Shown piece after piece: positions 10,014-19,364 of a stretch of DNA of 51,373 bases (its first letter is position 1; each line of letters opens with the position of its first letter). This stretch comes from Acidobacteriota bacterium. GTDB taxonomy: Bacteria > Acidobacteriota > UBA6911 > JACQSX01. The stretch spans positions 1-51,373 of the forward strand of contig DASXQR010000013.1 of assembly GCA_036507075.1 (NCBI GenBank). Direction: 5' to 3'. A program made the translations under genes and the position numbers. Below the pieces are notes generated by a model. That model did no database searches. It was not told the DNA's origin and was given only the letters and a program-made list of their open reading frames with translations.

Positions 10014-11666
10014 ATGAACCCACAGCAAAGAAACAAGGTCGCGAACAGGAAGGCTGATCGCCGAAGCGAAAAATATCGTCGAGGCGCAAAGACGAATGGT
10101 GGCGACGGAACCAATCCTGTTGCCAAAGCCGGCCGTCTGCTGCATGCCACAGCGCATTGGCGGTATTTTCCGGCAGTCGCGGGAATGTTCTACCTCCTGG
10201 TGGCGGGAGCGGTCACTGTTCGCTATCACCGGCTTTTGGACTACGGGATGGAATCGGACTTTCTATTCGAATACGTCCCGGCGGCAAGAGAAATTGCCAG
10301 TGGCACCCTTCCCATTCCTCTTTATCGGGGACCGGTCTACCCCCTGCTGCTCGCCGGGCTGGGCGCCGTCACGCGCGATTATTTTCGGGCGGGTCTTCTG
10401 ATCAGCATTGTCGCCGCAGCGGTCACCGTGGCTCTTTCCTGCACGCTGATCCGAAAATTATTCAACGCAGAAATCGCCCTGGCGGTCGCGCCGCTGATGA
10501 TTGCCAATCCGGCCTTCTTTCTGTACACCTATCAGGTCGGCACGGACATGCTCTTTGCAGCACTTGTGTCCGGCTGCATGTACCTGCTGTTGACAAGCGA
10601 GACACTGCCTTGCACGCGCCTGGCTCTTTCGGCCATGCTCGCGGCACTGGCATACCTGACCCGATACAACGGGATTTTTATCCTGGCTGTGCCATTCATT
10701 CTGGTGCTGCCTGGGTTTTTAAGTCGCGACTGGCTGCGCCGAGCGATGGCGGGTGCATTGTTCGCAGGAGTTTTCTTTGCCTGCATCACCCCCTGGGGCC
10801 TGTATTGCTTCAAGCAAAAGGGTCGATTCTTCTACAGCGAAAACCAAATGAATATCGCCTTTGAAGTCTATGGCCGCAAAGAGAGCACCCGCGAGGAATT
10901 CTTCTGGCGCGAGGAAAACCCATTCCGCCGGATGTCGCTGCCGCGCCTGCTTCTCCATGATCCCCCGGTTTTCCTGCGCGCGCTGGCGCGAAACTTCTGG
11001 AGCCACGGGCTGAACATCCTGAAATATGTTGTGGGATGGCCGATGGCTTTGCTGGCTGGAGTGGGACTGTTGTTGATCCTGAGGGGCGGCCCGACATTCG
11101 CGCAGTCGGCTTACCTGCTCTTGAACTTTGCGTTTTTCCTGGTCCTCCTGCCCATACATTTTGAAATTCGCTACCCTCTGTTTCTTCTGGCAGCGCTGCT
11201 GGCGCTTGCCATGTGCGGCCTGTTTCTTTGGAACCGGCCGGCTGCGAAGCGATGGCGCCCGGTCTCATCGGTTGTTCTGGCAGGGCTGGTCGCGTATGCC
11301 GGCGTGAGTTCTTATCGGTTCAATCGATGGCAAATCGACGCCGGGCCAAAAGAGGTGCTCGACATCGCAGCGTGGCTCAAGGCGCATGCCGCTTCTGAAA
11401 AATCGGGAATGACGATAGCAGCCCGAAAACCGCATATCGCCTACTATTCCGGTTTGGAGTACGCGATCTTGCCGCTCGCCGGCTCGCCGGAGGAGCTGAT
11501 TCGAATACTCAAGCGGCAAAAGGTGAGATACCTCTATTTCGGCCCGATTGAGGATGCCTTCCGGCCGGAGCTTGGAGCGCTGCGCGATCCGAACTCTTCC
11601 TGGCCAGGACTCAAAAGACTGGTCGCAACGAACGATCCTGCTTCGGTGCTGTACGAGGTTGAGTAA
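10014..11666 (+). CDS. GT-C membrane glycosyltransferase (ArnT/PMT_2-like)
   Basis: Many TM helices; ESD...Y in the first loop, YRGPVYPLLLA, GTDMLF, LAYLTRYNG, EIRYPLFL; soluble C-terminal domain. Confidence 0.85.
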   Translation: MNPQQRNKVANRKADRRSEKYRRGAKTNGGDGTNPVAKAGRLLHATAHWRYFPAVAGMFYLLVAGAVTVRYHRLLDYGMESDFLFEYVPAAREIASGTLPIPLYRGPVYPLLLAGLGAVTRDYFRAGLLISIVAAAVTVALSCTLIRKLFNAEIALAVAPLMIANPAFFLYTYQVGTDMLFAALVSGCMYLLLTSETLPCTRLALSAMLAALAYLTRYNGIFILAVPFILVLPGFLSRDWLRRAMAGALFAGVFFACITPWGLYCFKQKGRFFYSENQMNIAFEVYGRKESTREEFFWREENPFRRMSLPRLLLHDPPVFLRALARNFWSHGLNILKYVVGWPMALLAGVGLLLILRGGPTFAQSAYLLLNFAFFLVLLPIHFEIRYPLFLLAALLALAMCGLFLWNRPAAKRWRPVSSVVLAGLVAYAGVSSYRFNRWQIDAGPKEVLDIAAWLKAHAASEKSGMTIAARKPHIAYYSGLEYAILPLAGSPEELIRILKRQKVRYLYFGPIEDAFRPELGALRDPNSSWPGLKRLVATNDPASVLYEVE

Positions 11667-11712
11667 CAGAATTATCCGGGCGCATGGCAGGCCGGCTTAC
11701 TGCTTCACCAGC

Positions 11713-11853
11713 GTGAACATTCCTTCGCCTCCCCAACAATGATTGCGATGGAGGTAATGCTAGCGAGAAGAGGTGGCATTCACAATATGGCAATGAGCCG
11801 GGGAAGCCAGTGCCGGAAGAGCGGGGGAGTGGGAGAGCCGGGGAGCGGGGGAG
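11713..11853 (-). promoter_or_regulatory. Diverged duplicate of the TonB-receptor leader (promoter, RBS, ATG and octamer tail)
   Basis: Aligns with 9411-9550. TTGTGA (11785-11780), 17 nt, TAGCAT (11762-11757), GGAGG, then ATG 11720 opening only MFTLVKQ*. Confidence 0.8.
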
Positions 11854-11861
11854 TGTCGCCC

Positions 11862-12002
11862 ACATCGGAACCGCGCGCGTAGGCAAGCGGACCCTCCATT
11901 TGGCTATCTCTGTGAATGCCGAATACAACGGCGTAGATTTCTAGCGGGGTGCAGAAGAGCTCAATCGAGCCGTCCGCTTGCTTCCGCGCGCGGTTCCGAT
12001 GT
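11862..12002. repeat. REP-doublet inverted repeat flanked by inverted octamer arrays
   Basis: ACATCGGAACCGCGCGCGTAGGCAAGCGGA pairs with TCCGCTTGCTTCCGCGCGCGGTTCCGATGT (2 mismatches). GGGAGAGY units lie at about 11815-11853 and their complement at about 12013-12058. Confidence 0.88.
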
Positions 12003-12154
12003 CAACAACACTTCCCCGCTCCCTCACTCCCCCGCTCTCCCACTCTCCCGCTCTCCCGGGTTGACGTATGGATGGAATGTTGCAAAACTAATAGGTATCC
12101 TGCCAGGGAGGAGGGGTCCTCCCTGATACGAATCCTGGTCCAGGACTAAGGGGT

Positions 12155-14572
12155 ATGTCAGACCATCAAAGAGCATGGATCTTTTGCTGCTTGGCGAGTT
12201 TGCTGGCGGCCGGCGGTTTTGTTTGCATGTTGGAAGCGCAGCAGCCGTTTGCCGGCAAACCCTCGTCGTCAGTTGGCAAACCCTCGTCGTCCCCCGCGTA
12301 TCTTGACGCTATTGATCAGTACTGCGTTTCCTGCCACAGCGACACCCTGAAAACGGCCGGACTCGCGCTCGACACGGTCGCCGCCCACCCGGTGGATCAA
12401 CACCCGGAGGTGTGGGAGAAAGTTGTCCGCAAACTCCGCGCTCGTCAAATGCCGCCGGCTAAAGCGCCGCGGCCGGATGAGAGCACCTACGACGCGACAG
12501 TATCCTCGCTGGAGGCATCACTTGACCGCCTGGCCGCGGCCCACCCGAATCCTGGTCGCACGGATACCTTCCGACGGCTCAATCGAACCGAATATCAGAA
12601 CGCTATCCGCGACCTTCTTGCGCTCGATGTCGATGTTGATTCGCTGCTGCCGGGCGACGAGTCCAGTTATGGCTTCGACAATGTGACGGTCGGAGATCTC
12701 TCGCCGACATTATTGGACCGCTACATATCAGCGGCCGAGAAGATCAGCCGGCTGGCGGTCGGGCGTCCTGGCCGTTCCCCGGGCGGCGATACCATCAGGA
12801 TTCAGCCGGACCTCACCCAGGAAGAGCACCTGGATGGGCTTCCGCTCGGCACCCGCGGCGGAGCAGTGGTCCGTTATACTTTCCCTCTCGACGGAGAGTA
12901 CGACATCCAGATTCGGCTGGCACGGGACCGCAACGAGCACGTCGAGGGCTTGAGCGAGCCCCACGAGCTGGAGCTGCTGTTGGACAGGGCGCGCATGCAG
13001 TTGTTCACGGTGAAGCCGCCCCCGCGAGATGGAAGGAATTCTGAAGATTATCAGCCATCTCACGACAACATAGACCAGCATCTCAAGATCCGCGTTCCGG
13101 TAAAAGCCGGTCCGCACACGCTCGGCGTGGCGTTTCTCAAGAATCCTTCAATGCTGCTCGAAACCGCGCGCCAGCCCTACCAGGCACACTTCAATTTCTA
13201 CCGGCATCCCCGAATCCAGCCGGCAATTTACTCGATCTCAATCATCGGCCCTTATTCGGCAAAGAGTCCCGGGAACACGCCCAGCCGCAGCCGGATTTTT
13301 GTATGCCGGCCGGCCAAACCGGGGCAGGAAGAAGGCTGCGCCAAACGCATCCTGGCCACGCTGATGCGGAGGGCCTATCGGCGGCCCGTTACCGATGCGG
13401 ATCTTCAAGGGCCGCTTGAGCTTTACCGGAAAGCGCGGGCGGAGGGGGACTTCGACGGTGGGATCGAAATGGCTATGTCCGCCATTCTGGTGAGTCCCCG
13501 GTTTCTGTTCCGCGTCGAACAGGACCCTGCCGGCGTTGCGCCCGGTTCGGTCTATCCGATCAGCGATCTGGAGCTGGCGTCCCGCCTCTCCTTTTTCCTA
13601 TGGAGCAGCATTCCCGACGACGAGCTGCTGGACGCGGCCATTGCAGGGAAACTCAAAGAGCCGGCGGTGCTCGAACATCAAGTGCGGCGAATGCTCGCGG
13701 ACTCCCGTTCGCGGACCCTGGTGACCAACTTTGCCTCGCAATGGCTGCGCTTGCGCAATCTGGCATCGATCACTCCGGACATGCGCTTGTTCCCGGACTT
13801 CGATGACAATCTTCGGCAGGCCTTTCGGCAGGAAACAGAACTCTTTTTCGAGAGCGTCCTGCGCGAGGATCGGAGCGTGCTCGACCTGCTGAGCGCGAAT
13901 TACACCTTCGTCAACGAACGGCTGGCCAAGCATTACGGCATCCCGCATGTGTACGGCAGCCGCTTCCGGCGCATCACGCTTGGCGACGACAACAGGCGAG
14001 GCGGGCTGCTGCGTCACGCAAGTATTCTGACGGTTACTTCTTACGCCACCCGGACCTCGCCGGTGATTCGCGGCAAGTGGGTCCTAGACAACATTATCGG
14101 GATGCCTCCACCACCGCCGCTGCCGGATGTGCCGGCGCTCAAGGACAACACGGTGGACGGGAATCTTTCCGTTCGCAAGCGACTGGCCGAGCACCGCACC
14201 AGCCCGGCTTGCGCCAACTGCCACAACCTGATGGATCCGGTGGGATTGTCGCTGGAGAAGTTTGATGCGATCGGCCGCTGGCGAACGTCTGAGGGAGGGA
14301 TACCCATCGACGCCTCCGGAGGCCTTCCCGACGGCAGCAAGTTCGCGGATGTGCACGGACTCGAGCAGGCTTTGCTGAGCCGTCCCGAGATGTTTGTCGG
14401 CACCCTTGCTGAAAAGCTTCTCACATACGCTTTAGGACGAGGAGTAGCGTCCTACGATGCGCCGGCGATCCGCGCGATCGTGCGGAAGGCGCGGGCGGAG
14501 AATTTCCGCGTGTCTTCGGTTATTCTGGGTATAGTTAACAGTACACCGTTCCAGATGAGGAGATCACAATGA
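12155..14572 (+). CDS. DUF1592/DUF1588/DUF1587/DUF1595/DUF1585 (PSD) c-type cytochrome protein
   Basis: Signal peptide; two CxxCH motifs (CVSCH, CANCH); RRLNRTEYQNAIRDLL, GFDN, ELASRLSFFLWSSIPDDELL, RTSPVIRGKWV, LLTYALGR. Confidence 0.93.
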   Translation: MSDHQRAWIFCCLASLLAAGGFVCMLEAQQPFAGKPSSSVGKPSSSPAYLDAIDQYCVSCHSDTLKTAGLALDTVAAHPVDQHPEVWEKVVRKLRARQMPPAKAPRPDESTYDATVSSLEASLDRLAAAHPNPGRTDTFRRLNRTEYQNAIRDLLALDVDVDSLLPGDESSYGFDNVTVGDLSPTLLDRYISAAEKISRLAVGRPGRSPGGDTIRIQPDLTQEEHLDGLPLGTRGGAVVRYTFPLDGEYDIQIRLARDRNEHVEGLSEPHELELLLDRARMQLFTVKPPPRDGRNSEDYQPSHDNIDQHLKIRVPVKAGPHTLGVAFLKNPSMLLETARQPYQAHFNFYRHPRIQPAIYSISIIGPYSAKSPGNTPSRSRIFVCRPAKPGQEEGCAKRILATLMRRAYRRPVTDADLQGPLELYRKARAEGDFDGGIEMAMSAILVSPRFLFRVEQDPAGVAPGSVYPISDLELASRLSFFLWSSIPDDELLDAAIAGKLKEPAVLEHQVRRMLADSRSRTLVTNFASQWLRLRNLASITPDMRLFPDFDDNLRQAFRQETELFFESVLREDRSVLDLLSANYTFVNERLAKHYGIPHVYGSRFRRITLGDDNRRGGLLRHASILTVTSYATRTSPVIRGKWVLDNIIGMPPPPPLPDVPALKDNTVDGNLSVRKRLAEHRTSPACANCHNLMDPVGLSLEKFDAIGRWRTSEGGIPIDASGGLPDGSKFADVHGLEQALLSRPEMFVGTLAEKLLTYALGRGVASYDAPAIRAIVRKARAENFRVSSVILGIVNSTPFQMRRSQ

Positions 14573-15903
14573 TTATCATGAAGAAGGCTCTGCCGCGGCG
14601 GACGTTCCTGCGGGGCATGGGAGCCACACTGGCGTTGCCGCTGCTGGATGCCATGGTTCCATCCATGACCGCCCTGGCCAACACGCCCGCCAATCCAGTC
14701 CGTCGCCTCGGTTTTGTATACATGCCGATGGGATCCGACATTACCCGGTGGACTCCTCCAGGTGAAGGGAAGCTGCTCGAACTTTCCCCGACGCTCCAAT
14801 CGCTCGCCCCGGTGATGGATCAACTCACGGTCATCACCAACCTGGAACTGAAGAACGCCTATCCCGGCACCCATGCGACTTCCAACGCCGCCTTCCTGAG
14901 CGCCGCCAAAGCGAAGTGGACCGAAAGTACTGACTACCACTTGGGCACGACGGTCGATCAAATCGCGGCAAAACACATCGGCCAGGAAACACAACTGCCG
15001 TCGCTGGAGCTGGCAATGGATTTGCTGCAGATGGTCGGTCAGTGCGACAACGGCTATGCGTGCGTTTACCAGAACAATCTTTCCTGGTCGTCGCCTACGA
15101 CACCGCTACCGGCTGAGGCTCACCCGCGGATTGTTTTTGAGCGCCTTTTCGGCGAAGGAGGGAGCGCGTCGGAGCGGCGCGCCGCATTGCGCAAACGGGC
15201 CAGCCTTCTCGATTGGGTGAGTGAAGATATGTCTCGTCTTCAGAGGATGCTCGGCCCCGGCGATCGCACCAAGGTCAGCCAGTATCTCGACACCGTCCGC
15301 GAGGTCGAGCGACGCATTCAGAAGGCCGAGACCGAGACGGCGGACAACCGTCTGCCGGACCTCGATCGCCCGGTCGGCGTACCCGCCTCTTACGCCGACC
15401 ACGCACGGTTGATGTTCGACTTGCAGGTACTGGCTCTTCAGGGGGATGTCACCAGAGTCATTACCTTCCAGCTTGCTCGCGAAACAAGCACGCGAACGTA
15501 TACCGAGATCGGCGTTCCCGATCCACATCATCCCCTTTCGCATCACGGGAACGATCCGGAGAAGATTGCAAGAATGGCCAAGATCAATGCATTCCACGTT
15601 TCGCTTTTCGCCTATTTTCTCCAGAAGTTGAAGTCCACCCCTGAAGGCGACGGTTCCCTGCTCGACCATTCGCTCTACCTGTATGGCAGCGGGATGGGCA
15701 ATCCCAACGTGCATGACCATGTGAACCTGCCGATTCTCGTCGCCGGCGGCGCGGCAGGCAAGATCAAGGGCGGGCGTCACATCAAGTACGCCGAACCGAA
15801 GCCGCTTGCCAACCTTCACCTGACGCTGCTCGAAAAAGTTGGTGTCCGTCTCGACGCGTTCGCCGACAGCCAGGGCAAGGTCGAGGAACTGCTTTCTGTC
15901 TGA
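14569..15903 (+). CDS. DUF1552 (HXXSHH) family protein
   Basis: LPRRTFLRGMGATLALPLLDAM twin-arginine leader; HHPLSHH; GSLLDHSL; ATGA overlap with the DUF1592 gene. Confidence 0.93.
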   Translation: MIIMKKALPRRTFLRGMGATLALPLLDAMVPSMTALANTPANPVRRLGFVYMPMGSDITRWTPPGEGKLLELSPTLQSLAPVMDQLTVITNLELKNAYPGTHATSNAAFLSAAKAKWTESTDYHLGTTVDQIAAKHIGQETQLPSLELAMDLLQMVGQCDNGYACVYQNNLSWSSPTTPLPAEAHPRIVFERLFGEGGSASERRAALRKRASLLDWVSEDMSRLQRMLGPGDRTKVSQYLDTVREVERRIQKAETETADNRLPDLDRPVGVPASYADHARLMFDLQVLALQGDVTRVITFQLARETSTRTYTEIGVPDPHHPLSHHGNDPEKIARMAKINAFHVSLFAYFLQKLKSTPEGDGSLLDHSLYLYGSGMGNPNVHDHVNLPILVAGGAAGKIKGGRHIKYAEPKPLANLHLTLLEKVGVRLDAFADSQGKVEELLSV

Positions 15904-15910
15904 TTCATAA

Positions 15911-16169
15911 CCCGCAAAGCGGGTGAAAAGAATTGTAGCCGGGGTGCGTAAGCCCCCGGATAGCCGGATTCAGTTATCCGCAAGCCGCGTAGCGGCGCCA
16001 GAATCCAGGCCGCCAATGATCCTTTACATCGCAAACATAGATCCATTCAAGACAGGGGCTATGTACCGGACTCCGAGCTCTGTCGCCGCTTTGCGGCTTC
16101 GTCGTCGTAATCTCAGCTATCCAGGAGCTTACGCACCCCGGCTACAATTCTTCGCGCCCGCTTTGCGGG
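15911..16169. repeat. Palindromic REP/MITE-like element with about 59-bp arms and an inner inverted pair
   Basis: CCCGCAAAGCGGG...AAGAATTGTAGCCGGGGTGCGTAAGC pairs with GCTTACGCACCCCGGCTACAATTCTT...CCCGCTTTGCGGG. The inner pair is AGCCGCGTAGCGGCG / CGCCGCTTTGCGGCT. Confidence 0.9.
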
Positions 16170-16219
16170 CTTTCTCGAATGACTTTGGTCCGATACGAAC
16201 CGTCTGTTTCGCCAGGAAA

Positions 16220-17764
16220 TTGAATTTGCTCTCTCGGAAGGCCGGAGGCTTTCCGCACGATAGGCGACAAAGCCGCTCCAGCTTTCCTTCAATTTCTCTC
16301 CCGTTCTTGGCTTTGCTGCTATTCGCTGCCAGCCTGTTGGGCGCCGGCTATGACGCACCACTGGCGAATGCTGTCGAAAAGATGGACAGGGCGAGAATTC
16401 GCGCACTGCTGCAACAGCGCGTCGATGTGAACGCGGCCCAGATCGATGGGATGACGGCGCTCCACTGGGCGGCCTACCAGGATGATCTGGAAACCGCGCA
16501 AATGCTGGTCCGGGCCGGCGCCGGCGTGAAGGCTGCGAACCGCTATGGCGTGACCCCACTGTCGCTGGCCTGCACGAATGGAAGCGGCGCGATGGTCGAG
16601 CTGCTCCTGAATGCCGGCGCAGACCCCAACGTGGCGCTTCGCGGAGGGGAAACCGCTTTGATGACCGCCGCGCGTACGGGCAAGCTCGGGCCCGTGAAGG
16701 CCCTTCTGTCCCGTGGAGCCGACGTTCACAGCAAAGATAGCCAGCACGGACAGACAGCTCTCATGTGGGCGGCCGCGGAAGGTCACGCGGAAGTAGTGGA
16801 AGAACTCATCAAGGCCGGAGCGGATTTTCGCGCCCGTTTGGACTCCGGATTTACGCCTCTGCTGTTTGCCGTGCGCGAAGGCCGGATAGGCGTCGTACGG
16901 GTCTTGCTGAAGGCGGGGGCCGACGTGAATGAGACCGTACAGGCCGGGGCCGGACGGAGGCGCGGCTACGGCGGGCGCCTGCCTCCGGTCGGCGCGAGCG
17001 CGTTGCTCCTGGCTGTCACGAATGCTCATTACGAATTGGCAGCATATCTTCTGGATGCCGGCGCGGATCCGAATGCCGCGCTGCCGGGTTACACGGTCCT
17101 GCATGCCATTACGTCGGTCCGCAAGCCTGGCGTCGGCGATAACGATCCGGCTCCCGAGGGATCGGGAAACATGAGCAGCATCGCGCTTGTCAAAAAGCTT
17201 GCGTCTCTGGGAGCAAACTTGAACGCGAGAATGACGAAGCGGGCGAATCTGGCCAATACACGGTTGAATGAGCTCGGGGCAACACCCTTCCTGCTGGCGG
17301 CCCTCACCGCGGACGCCGAGTTGATGAGGACGCTGGCCGCGTTAGGCGCCGATCCGCTGTTGCCGAATGCAGACCACAGCACGCCTCTGATGGCGGCGGC
17401 CGGACTCGCAACGCGATCCCCTGGCGAGGACGCCGGAACTGAGAGTGAAGTGTTGGAGGCCGTGCAAGCGGCACTGGATCTCGGCGCCGACGTCAATGCT
17501 GTCGACGACAACGGTGAGACCGCCATGCATAGCGCAGCCTACAAGAATCTCCCCAGGGTTGTGCAGCTTCTCGCCGACAAGGGCGCCAGGATCGAAATCT
17601 GGAATCGGAAAAACAAGTACGGATGGACGCCTTTGTTGATCGCCGAGGGTTACCGGCACGGCAACTTCAAGCCATCAGCCGAAACAGTGACCGCGCTTCA
17701 TCGCGTAATGAACGCCGCAGGCGTATCTCCCCCGACAGGACAGAAGTCACGGAATCTGCCCTAG
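16220..17764 (+). CDS. Exported ankyrin-repeat protein (start uncertain)
   Basis: Repeated G.TALHWAA / G.TPL motifs; hydrophobic signal FLALLLFAASLLGA. TTG 16220 after AGGA is preferred because the longer ORF (15923) translates the repeat element. Confidence 0.88.
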   Translation: MNLLSRKAGGFPHDRRQSRSSFPSISLPFLALLLFAASLLGAGYDAPLANAVEKMDRARIRALLQQRVDVNAAQIDGMTALHWAAYQDDLETAQMLVRAGAGVKAANRYGVTPLSLACTNGSGAMVELLLNAGADPNVALRGGETALMTAARTGKLGPVKALLSRGADVHSKDSQHGQTALMWAAAEGHAEVVEELIKAGADFRARLDSGFTPLLFAVREGRIGVVRVLLKAGADVNETVQAGAGRRRGYGGRLPPVGASALLLAVTNAHYELAAYLLDAGADPNAALPGYTVLHAITSVRKPGVGDNDPAPEGSGNMSSIALVKKLASLGANLNARMTKRANLANTRLNELGATPFLLAALTADAELMRTLAALGADPLLPNADHSTPLMAAAGLATRSPGEDAGTESEVLEAVQAALDLGADVNAVDDNGETAMHSAAYKNLPRVVQLLADKGARIEIWNRKNKYGWTPLLIAEGYRHGNFKPSAETVTALHRVMNAAGVSPPTGQKSRNLP

Positions 17765-17868
17765 TAGGCCCCGGGCTTACGCGCCCTTTCTCCCGCAATG
17801 GCCGAATGTTCCAATTTGAGGATTGGGGAGCGGCGGAGAAGTGTCCTTCATGAAAAAGGAGAATTACC

Positions 17869-19044
17869 TCAACGTGGCTCCGGCGCAGACCCGGTTGCTT
17901 CAAGCAGCTCGGGTTCCACCTCGCCGCCGACCGCCTCGAAGGCGTGATGAGGATGGAAGAACTGCTGTGCGATGAAAGTGGGTAACAGGGCACTAGCCAC
18001 CACGACTGCCACCAAAACCGAAAGCTGTGCCTGGTTAATGATGCCTGCTTCGTAGCCAAAGAGTGAACTGATGGTGCCCATCGTCAGCCCCGTGCTCATC
18101 AGCAGCGTCGTGTAGGTCGCTTCTCGCGGCATAAATGCTCTAGTCGCCGGATACACACCGACAAATTTCGTCACAAGCTTTACGCTCAGTAACAGAAGAA
18201 ACAGTCCCATATTGGCCCACAACAGTCGCAGAGAGATATTCATTCCGCCGTTCATGAAAAAGATCGGTGTGATGAAGGCAAAGGAAACAACGCGCAGCTT
18301 GCGCTGGAGCGCCCGGTTAGCGTGGAAAGTGGAAGAGAGGACCAGCCCCAGTACGAATGCCGGAAGGATTGCATGGCTCGCTCCAAGCCGGGCGAAATAC
18401 ATCAGCACCAGCAATAGCAAGAAAAGCAGCTTTATCTCGGGTTCAATGACACGTTCACCATAGCGCCGGAAAAAGAGCGGCACAATCCATGGTACAGCCA
18501 GGATTATGGCGGCGGAGATGAGCGCGAACCAGAGCGTGCGGTTATTCATCGTCGCGAAGAGGACCGACAGCCCGGCGGCCGTGCCGAAATCAGTGACGAA
18601 TGTGCTCGACATGATTATTTTCCCGATCACTGTGTGTGTGAGGCCCGTCTCGATCAGCACCGCGTAAACGACTGCGAGCGAGGTGGTGCTCAGCGCGATG
18701 CCCGCCAGTTTTGAAGCTTCGCTCTGCCACGCCAAGACGTAACGGCAGAAGAGCATCGTACCCGCGAAAGGAGCGGCAAAGGAAAGTGCGCCGATGAAGA
18801 CACTTTCCTTGACTTTCGCTCGCATGACGTGCAGGTCTACTTCGGCGCCGGCCAGAAAGGTAAGCAGAATGCCGCCGAAGCCGGCAATGTAGCGGACCCA
18901 TTCAACCTGCTTCACACCCAGGAAGTTGCCGACAATCACACCCAATGTGATTTCGATAATCGCTGCCGAGATTCCAAATTCGACCGAGATAACGCTGGCA
19001 AGAAAAATACAAGCGGCGAGAACCACCCCTACATACAAATCCAT
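17869..19044 (-). CDS. Cation:proton antiporter (Na+/H+ exchanger family)
   Basis: About 12 TM segments; LTFLAGAEVD, LSTTSLAVV, FVTD, FITPIFF, KLVTKFVG. Confidence 0.9.
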   Translation of the reverse strand: MDLYVGVVLAACIFLASVISVEFGISAAIIEITLGVIVGNFLGVKQVEWVRYIAGFGGILLTFLAGAEVDLHVMRAKVKESVFIGALSFAAPFAGTMLFCRYVLAWQSEASKLAGIALSTTSLAVVYAVLIETGLTHTVIGKIIMSSTFVTDFGTAAGLSVLFATMNNRTLWFALISAAIILAVPWIVPLFFRRYGERVIEPEIKLLFLLLLVLMYFARLGASHAILPAFVLGLVLSSTFHANRALQRKLRVVSFAFITPIFFMNGGMNISLRLLWANMGLFLLLLSVKLVTKFVGVYPATRAFMPREATYTTLLMSTGLTMGTISSLFGYEAGIINQAQLSVLVAVVVASALLPTFIAQQFFHPHHAFEAVGGEVEPELLEATGSAPEPR

Positions 19045-19077
19045 GTTGACTCCCCCTGTTCGTTAGAAAGATTTCAG

Positions 19078-19142
19078 GTAGGAGCCATCAGTCCGCAGGG
19101 ACGGTTTGGGAGCAATGCTGCTCCCCGGCGGACCCCATCACC
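19078..19142 (-). ncRNA. Fluoride (crcB) riboswitch with an inserted hairpin
   Basis: The minus strand reads GGUGAUGGGGUCCGCC-g-GGGAGCAGCAUUGCUCCC-AAACCGUCCCUGCGGACUGAUGGCUCCUAC. This fits the GGYGAUGG...CGCC / AAACCG / CUGAUGRCUCCUAC pattern of fluoride riboswitches. It ends 33 nt before the antiporter ATG. Confidence 0.9.
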
Positions 19143-19151
19143 AAGCAGCGG

Positions 19152-19181
19152 AGTGTATAGGGACGAGTCGGAACATGTCAA
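19152..19181 (-). promoter_or_regulatory. Sigma70 promoter feeding the riboswitch
   Basis: TTGACA (19181-19176), 18 nt, TACACT (19157-19152); the predicted start site falls a few nt before the aptamer. Confidence 0.75.
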
Positions 19182-19364
19182 CCAACGCTTTACATGCATT
19201 AGAAAATTGATTCGGCTGCACATCCGCAGGCAGAGGGAGCATCATGCAAAAAGAACATTGATTGAGCGTCTGGAACGAGTCAGCCCGCCCGAGGCTGAAG
19301 CCAAAGAGGAAAGGCCGCTGAAGCGGCCTAAGGAAGATTAGAATTATCGGTCACCCCGGCTTAA

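Noticed and set aside
9253..10089. Several ORFs with GEWESGR/SPTLPLSR repeats
   Set aside because: Translations of the octamer array and REP elements.
12254..12291. Short duplication encoding GKPSSS twice
   Set aside because: Real but in-frame in a linker after the signal peptide; no evident significance.
15923..16219. N-terminal extension of the ankyrin ORF
   Set aside because: Translates the palindromic element; the signal sequence lies downstream.
18829..19341. 170-aa plus-strand ORF
   Set aside because: Overlaps the antiporter and riboswitch on the opposite strand, with no motifs.
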